A stretch of DNA of 57,206 nucleotides, filler included, from Dugesia japonica (lineage: Eukaryota), in NCBI GenBank assembly GCA_001938525.1. It is 5 parts of 5 records of this genome, joined end to end, with 100 filler letters (N's around TTAATTAATTAA, not from the genome) between each part and the next. Parts side by side here need not be neighbours in the genome. Positions count along the whole stretch, not along the records: positions 46,940 to 57,206 come from MQRL01615263.1; 4 more parts are not named here. One strand, written 5' to 3'. Positions within the stretch are counted from its first letter, which is position 1. Every line of letters starts with the position of its first letter. The position numbers were made by a program, and so were the translations under genes. Shown here one piece after another: positions 51,834 to 57,206 of this stretch. The notes beneath the pieces were generated by a model. It was not told the origin of the DNA, ran no database searches, and was given only the letters and a program-made list of their open reading frames with translations.

Positions 51834-54800
51834 NNNNNNNNNNNNNNNNNNNNNNNNNNNNNNNNNNNNNNNNNNNNNNNNNNNNNNNNNNNNNNNNNNN
51901 NNNNNNNNNNNNNNNNNNNNNNNNNNNNNNNNNNNTATTCTAACCATTGATCTGTAAATTAAACGACGCTTATGACACTCCTTCTACTGAATATTTTGAA
52001 AAAACAAATTTCCATTTAAAAATCATTTTTAAATCCAAAGATCAAAACGATGTTCTTCTATTTTCATAGATTGTTCTATATTTCGGCTATGCCTTCTTCA
52101 GGAACTATGGCTCAATTCATTCTGATTATAAATGTTTAAATAGAAACACAATTTATATTAATCTGATTAAAATTAATTTTCATTGGTTACTAATTATAAC
52201 ATTAAATTTAAAATTTATTGAACATATTCTCGGTTAATTGATGCAAACAATGAAGTAAAACTGAAGAAGGCATAGCCGAAATATTGAACAATCTATGAAA
52301 ATAGAAGAACATCATTTTGACCTTTGCATTTAAAAATGAATTTTAAATGAAAATTTGTTATTTCAAAATATTCATTTATAATGTTATGTTTATAATAATT
52401 AATTTGTTTTTGTTTAGTAAATTTACTAACTCAACAACATTGACAGTAAATAATCTTATAATTTTCATTAAAAAATAAAAAAATTACTTTAATTTACAAT
52501 AATGGAAATCAGCTGCTTGATTAGTTCCACGATAAAGATTGATTTAGAATTTATGAACATAAGGAATAGTTGATCATTTACATACTTTCAGATACATATT
52601 TCTCGTCAAAAATTTGTGCATACATGTACTAGTTAAAGTGCTTAGAAAAAATTTGGAATAAATTTGTCTTGTATAAATAAATATTTCAATATTGTTATTA
52701 CTTTTGAATTTTTTGAATAAATTAAGTTAAATTAAAATCAGAATTATTTGTGTTGAGGTTCTAAAGAAAAATTTGGTTTATGATTCAACAATTGTCAGAA
52801 TTATGTCGCTTTTTAGAATTTATATTCTTTAGAGAAATTCCAGTTTTATCGAATTGACGAATGTTTTAAGATTCTTTTGTTATTTTCTATTTTTTATGTG
52901 AATATATAAAATGTTAAAAAATTTTGTTCCTTGGTTTATTCAATTTATAATTCCATTAGTTTTCAACACATTTTTTTTCATTACTATAAATAATAATTAA
53001 AATAACATCAATATTATTTATTGATGTTTTATTTTCGTATAATTATTATTAGTATAATTTATTATTACATAATCGTCGTTGTTATTACTTAAGATCATAA
53101 ATAAGGTCGCATGTTTTTTATTAAAAATATTTATAGAAAAACCAAGTATTATTTTTTATTATTTACAAATAACAAATTAGTTAAATAATAGTCTACATCA
53201 TTGTTCAAGACTTACTCCAACCTCTCGGCCAATTTATTTATGCCATTTCGCCAGAAATCGCCTCGTTGGGTCTTAAAGAAATTGTTGACCCGGTTTTTAA
53301 GATCGTCTTCGTTCTTGAAGGTTACACCCCTTATTTTGTTTGACAACAAGCGGGAAAGGTGAAAGTCAGATTGCACCAGGTCACGAGAATACGTCGGATA
53401 AAGAAGAACCTCCCATTTGAGCTCTTGGAAGGGGGTTTTTTTGAAGATGTTTTCTGTGTCGCCATGCGTTGTCGTGAAGCAAGATTACTTGGTTACATCG
53501 ATAGGGTCTTCTCAGTTGAATAGCCTCGTTCACTCTATGCAACTGGATCACATAGAGTTCCTTGTTAATTTTTTTATTTTTCTCAAAGATTTCCCAGTCC
53601 CAATAGACTCCCATCATTCTCATCTTGGGATGAAGCTATTCTTTCATTTTTCAATAAGGCATGACTCCCTCAGCTATCCACTCCTTCCGCTTCCTCATAT
53701 TGACATAGAGGCCCTATGTTTCGTCTCCGTTCACGATTCTGTGCAGAAATCATTCCTTGTGGTCGCATGTCGCTCAGTGCCGGGCGAGATGTTGCGCTAC
53801 AATTTTGAAACAATTGTTTTTGTTTCGTTTGCTAAATTTGTAAAGCACCCAAGCTGCAAAGTTTTGCTCAAAACCCATCAAATGGCAATGTCCATCTTCT
53901 CGGCAAATCCTTTGGATGTTTAGTGGCCATCCTCCTTGAAAACATTCTTCGTCAGAGCGGGGCTTACCGTTTAACTCAAAATTACCGTTTTTGAAATAAT
54001 TATACCACATGTTTTGAGCCGCTTCCGTACTTTATTGACGACGGCGAAAGCCAAAGTAAAGTAAATGTCGAAAGTAAACTTTTTACCGCTTATAATTTCC
54101 ATTTCTAGAGCTAAAGATATAGATACAATCCAGTTATTAAGAAAAATGATGATAACATATTTGTTCATGAGAATGAGCTTTTTCCAATAACTGTATTCAC
54201 ACTTTGCCAAACAAAACACAAAATAGCCCTAAAATACAAACTAAAAAAAACGCGGGAACTTATTTACCAACCTAATATAACAAATTTATCGCTTCTTAAC
54301 AAAAATCAAATATGAGGAAATAATTATTATTTAATAATTTTGAGCCAATAGACAAGACGAGGAAACAATACGAAAAGCTATTTTTGAAAAGTGGATATTG
54401 AGATTTGGATGTCCAAGAGAGATAAGATTAGATTGTGGAAAAGCGTTTGAATCCAGAGTTATGAGAGAGTTTGCACTGAGACTAGATATTAAACTTTGCT
54501 TTTCAAGTCCATATCATCATAATGCAAACGGACAAATTGAAAGACAGTTTAGGACAATTCGAGATTTGATTAATGCAACNNNNNNNNNNNNNNNNNNNNN
54601 NNNNNNNNNNNNNNNNNNNNNNNNNNNNNCACTTCAGGAAAGAAAGTCAACAGATTGGGCAGATCTTTTACCGGAAATAGAATTTACAATGAACTCAAAA
54701 AAAACAGAAGACGACTGGAAAGAGTTCGACTGTGATTTTATTTGGAAAGAAAATTAGCAGAGAAAAGTGGTACGAGTCAGACATTTCAGAAAGAGCTAAA

Positions 54801-56015
54801 GAAAACACTTCAGACGTGATTACTAAAAGAGAATTCAAAGTTGGCGATTTTGTACTCATCAAGGTAGAAACAAGAAATAAAACCCAAGACAGATTTGAAG
54901 GACTCTATCAAATAATTGAGAAAATTCATAAAAGACGGTATGCAGTACAAGGAGAAAATGGACAACGTTTAGAAAGAAATGTGGAAAAACTTAGAAAGTT
55001 TCTTAAGAAGGGGGATATGAGGAAATAATTATTATTTAATAATTTTGAGCCAATAGAAATTGAGNTAATTCTGGATAAAGATTTTTAAAATACTATTCAA
55101 TAATCATTTCTCTTATTAAGTATAGATTGTAGTAGTAAAATAAAAAATGTCNNNNNNNNNNNNNNNNNNNNNNNNNNNNNNNNNNNNNNNNNNNNNNNNN
55201 NAAAATAAAAAATGTCTAACAATATGAATTCTGATTTCCAAAATGAATTAACAATTGAAGATTTACCTAAAAATTAGAATTCAAAGAAAAACTTTTCTGA
55301 GTTTATGAAAAACTTGCTATTTAATAAACTTATTAGATGTTACTAAATAATAACATAGATAGATGAAAAACAAGCATTTAATCTAACTTATTATTCAAAA
55401 CTGGATATGAACCAAAGAGAACATCATCATTAAATTCTTTTACGACAGTATTAAGAGAATCTGCTAGTTTAGATTCTTCAATGTTAAAATACAAGGAACC
55501 TGTATGAAGCTTGACAGAATTTTCAATCAATTTGTTCTGTAAAAAGGAAATAAACTTTTACAGAGAAACGCTAAAACAACTTTAATGATATTAAAACCTT
55601 TTCTGAAAAGACTAGGAATTCCTGGAAGAATGAAAACGTTGTTTACGGAAACAACTGGATATGGAATTTTAGCACCAGTTTCAAAATCAGAACCGAAAGT
55701 TAATTTTGCAGATTTAGGTATTCTGGCTAATTTCAATTTGGCATTCGATANNNNNNNNNNNNNNNNNNNNNNNNNNNNNNNNNNNNNNNNNNNNNNNNNN
55801 NNNNNNNNNNNNNNNNNNNNNNNNNNNNNNNNNNNNNNNNNNNNNNNNNNNNNNNNNNNNNNNNNNNNNNNNNNNNNNATATGTTTAATACCTTCAAATG
55901 TTACATCATCATGAGTAGTACCTATACCTCCTGATGTAATAACATAATCAAATCTCTGACTAAATTCAAGTACTTCTTTTGATATGATTTCTATATCATC
56001 AGGAATTACCGACAC
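50680..56015 (-). CDS. FLAD1: Bifunctional FAD synthase (molybdopterin-binding domain plus PAPS-reductase-like domain), 5'-incomplete. Exons ~56015-55892, (gap)-55581, 55536-55388, 51785-51697, 51544-51421, 51372-51059, 51001-50863, 50812-50680
   Basis: [36 protein letters not shown]...[21 protein letters not shown]...PNP. Phase-consistent GT-AG introns; no internal stops in the visible exons. Confidence 0.93.
51988..52374. mobile_element. Fold-back element with ~114-bp inverted arms, probably derived from Penelope-like termini
   Basis: Arms 51988-52101 and 52261-52374 are near-perfect reverse complements; each inner end carries CTGAAGA...GAAA. Confidence 0.7.
52070..52108 (-). ncRNA. Minimal type I hammerhead ribozyme motif
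   Basis: Minus strand reads AUAGUUC-CUGAAGA-AGGC AUA GCC-GAAAU-AUA-GAACAAU: both core boxes, stem II GGC/GCC, stem I 6/7 bp, palindromic loopless stem III. Confidence 0.6.
53096..54277 (-). mobile_element. Near-full-length decayed mariner in the FLAD1 intron
   Basis: 5' TIR TATTAGGTTGGTAAATAAGTTCCCGC; [33 protein letters not shown]; many frameshifts. Confidence 0.88.
54311..55130 (+). mobile_element. Internally deleted Ty3/gypsy: LTR head fused to integrase 3' half, PPT and 3' LTR (from 55016)
   Basis: 42-bp direct repeat TATGAGG...CCAATAGA at 54311 and 55016; [13 protein letters not shown]; PPT AAGAAGGGGGA. Confidence 0.85.
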
Positions 56016-56584
56016 CTACTTGAAAATGATATTAAAATAACAAAAAAACAAAATTCATTAAACTTTGCATCTAACGAACATATTACAGATGGATAAAAAA
56101 GTTCGCAGAATTATAAATAATACCTTACACAAATTACCATTACACAATACCATTACACAAATAACTATTATAAATATCATAAATATCATATGAGAATATC
56201 TTTAAATAGTTTAATAAGTTTTTAATCTTATATATAGTAAAAATGTGTGTATTTATGTGTGTGCTTGGTGTGTATTGTTTTTTCTTTCTTTTTTCTATAA
56301 TATAAAAGTTTAATAAGTTTTTAAACTTATCTATTATAAAAATGTGTGTATCTATGTGTGTTTTTGGTGTGTATTATATTTTTTAACCTTTTTTTATAAT
56401 ATAATCACTTATTAAACTTTAAGTAAGCTTTTTATGCATGTAAATTTATTTTAATTATATTATAAGCAGCCAATCAGAATACAATAAATTATTATAAGGT
56501 TAGTATTTTTTACTTATTAAACTTTTAACAGTTTAGTTTGGTTTTGCAAATTGATTATCTTTTAATCATATTTTCATTTATAGA

Positions 56585-57206
56585 TGAAATTATGCAATAT
56601 ATAAGTTAGAACAATTATATTATATGAGTAGATAAAAAAATCAAATGCTCAAGAATGTTTAAAGAACATGAAATTATCTTCAGGAGATGACGTTGTATAC
56701 AAAACAACTGTTTATAAGTATTTTAAAAGTTTCAAGGATGATAATTTTGATCAGGAAGATGATACATGTTTGGGTCGACCAAATGTAAACCATGATGATG
56801 CAGTTTTATTGGAAATAATTGAAACAAATTCATCAATTAGTACCGAAGATTTATCCTACATATTCAGTACAACAACTCAATCAATTAGAAATCACTTGTG
56901 TGGTCTTGGCTATTCGTCAGTGAATAATAAGTGAATACCACATGCATTTAGTAAATTATAAAAACAAAACAGAGTTAACGTTTGTAATGAATTGATTGAA
57001 ATGCATCAAAAAGACGAGCTCTTCTCAAGAATGGTAACTTGTGATGAGATCATGGGAAAAGTCTGATCAAGAACCGGTAGCAATACCCAAACGTGGATTA
57101 AATAATAATAAGGTATTGTTTTGCATATTTCGAAATATAAGAGGAATATAAGTACTAGGAATATCTTAATAATGGATAAACACTTAATAAACAACTGTAT
57201 AAAGTC
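56585..57206 (+). mobile_element. Decayed mariner transposase N-terminal half, running off the window end
   Basis: GDDVVYKTTVYKYFKSFK.DNFD.ED...GRP HTH, *IPH (WVPH-like), RMVTCDE. Confidence 0.85.

Overview
Very AT-rich eukaryotic genomic DNA from a draft assembly. It has (ATT)n microsatellites, many N gaps and four artificial TTAATTAATTAA contig linkers. The short 43-60 nt GT-AG introns and animal-type genes suggest an invertebrate; a planarian-like host is only my inference. Three intron-containing host genes can be reconstructed by hand: a bifunctional FAD synthase (FLAD1, minus strand, 5' end outside the window), a divergent SID-1/SIDT-family membrane protein (minus, partial), and a divergent type II AAA+ ATPase (plus, partial). 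Most of the rest is decayed transposons: three related Ty3/gypsy copies, a nested solo LTR, four mariners, Tigger/pogo, two hAT non-autonomous elements with intact TSDs, a piggyBac-type MITE, a MULE and Penelope-like fragments including a minimal hammerhead ribozyme. The most unusual signal is a family of large elements bounded by TGTTGGG...CCCAACA (5' ends at 1539 minus, 3362, 11244, 35272; 3' ends at 5430, 10796, 44599). They carry an A-rich leader and a CCAAT/TATA promoter. They also carry an array of small acceptor-led coding cassettes, mostly in the same splice phase, encoding proteins I do not recognise, some of them paralogous. These may be gene-bearing giant LTRs expressed through alternative terminal exons.
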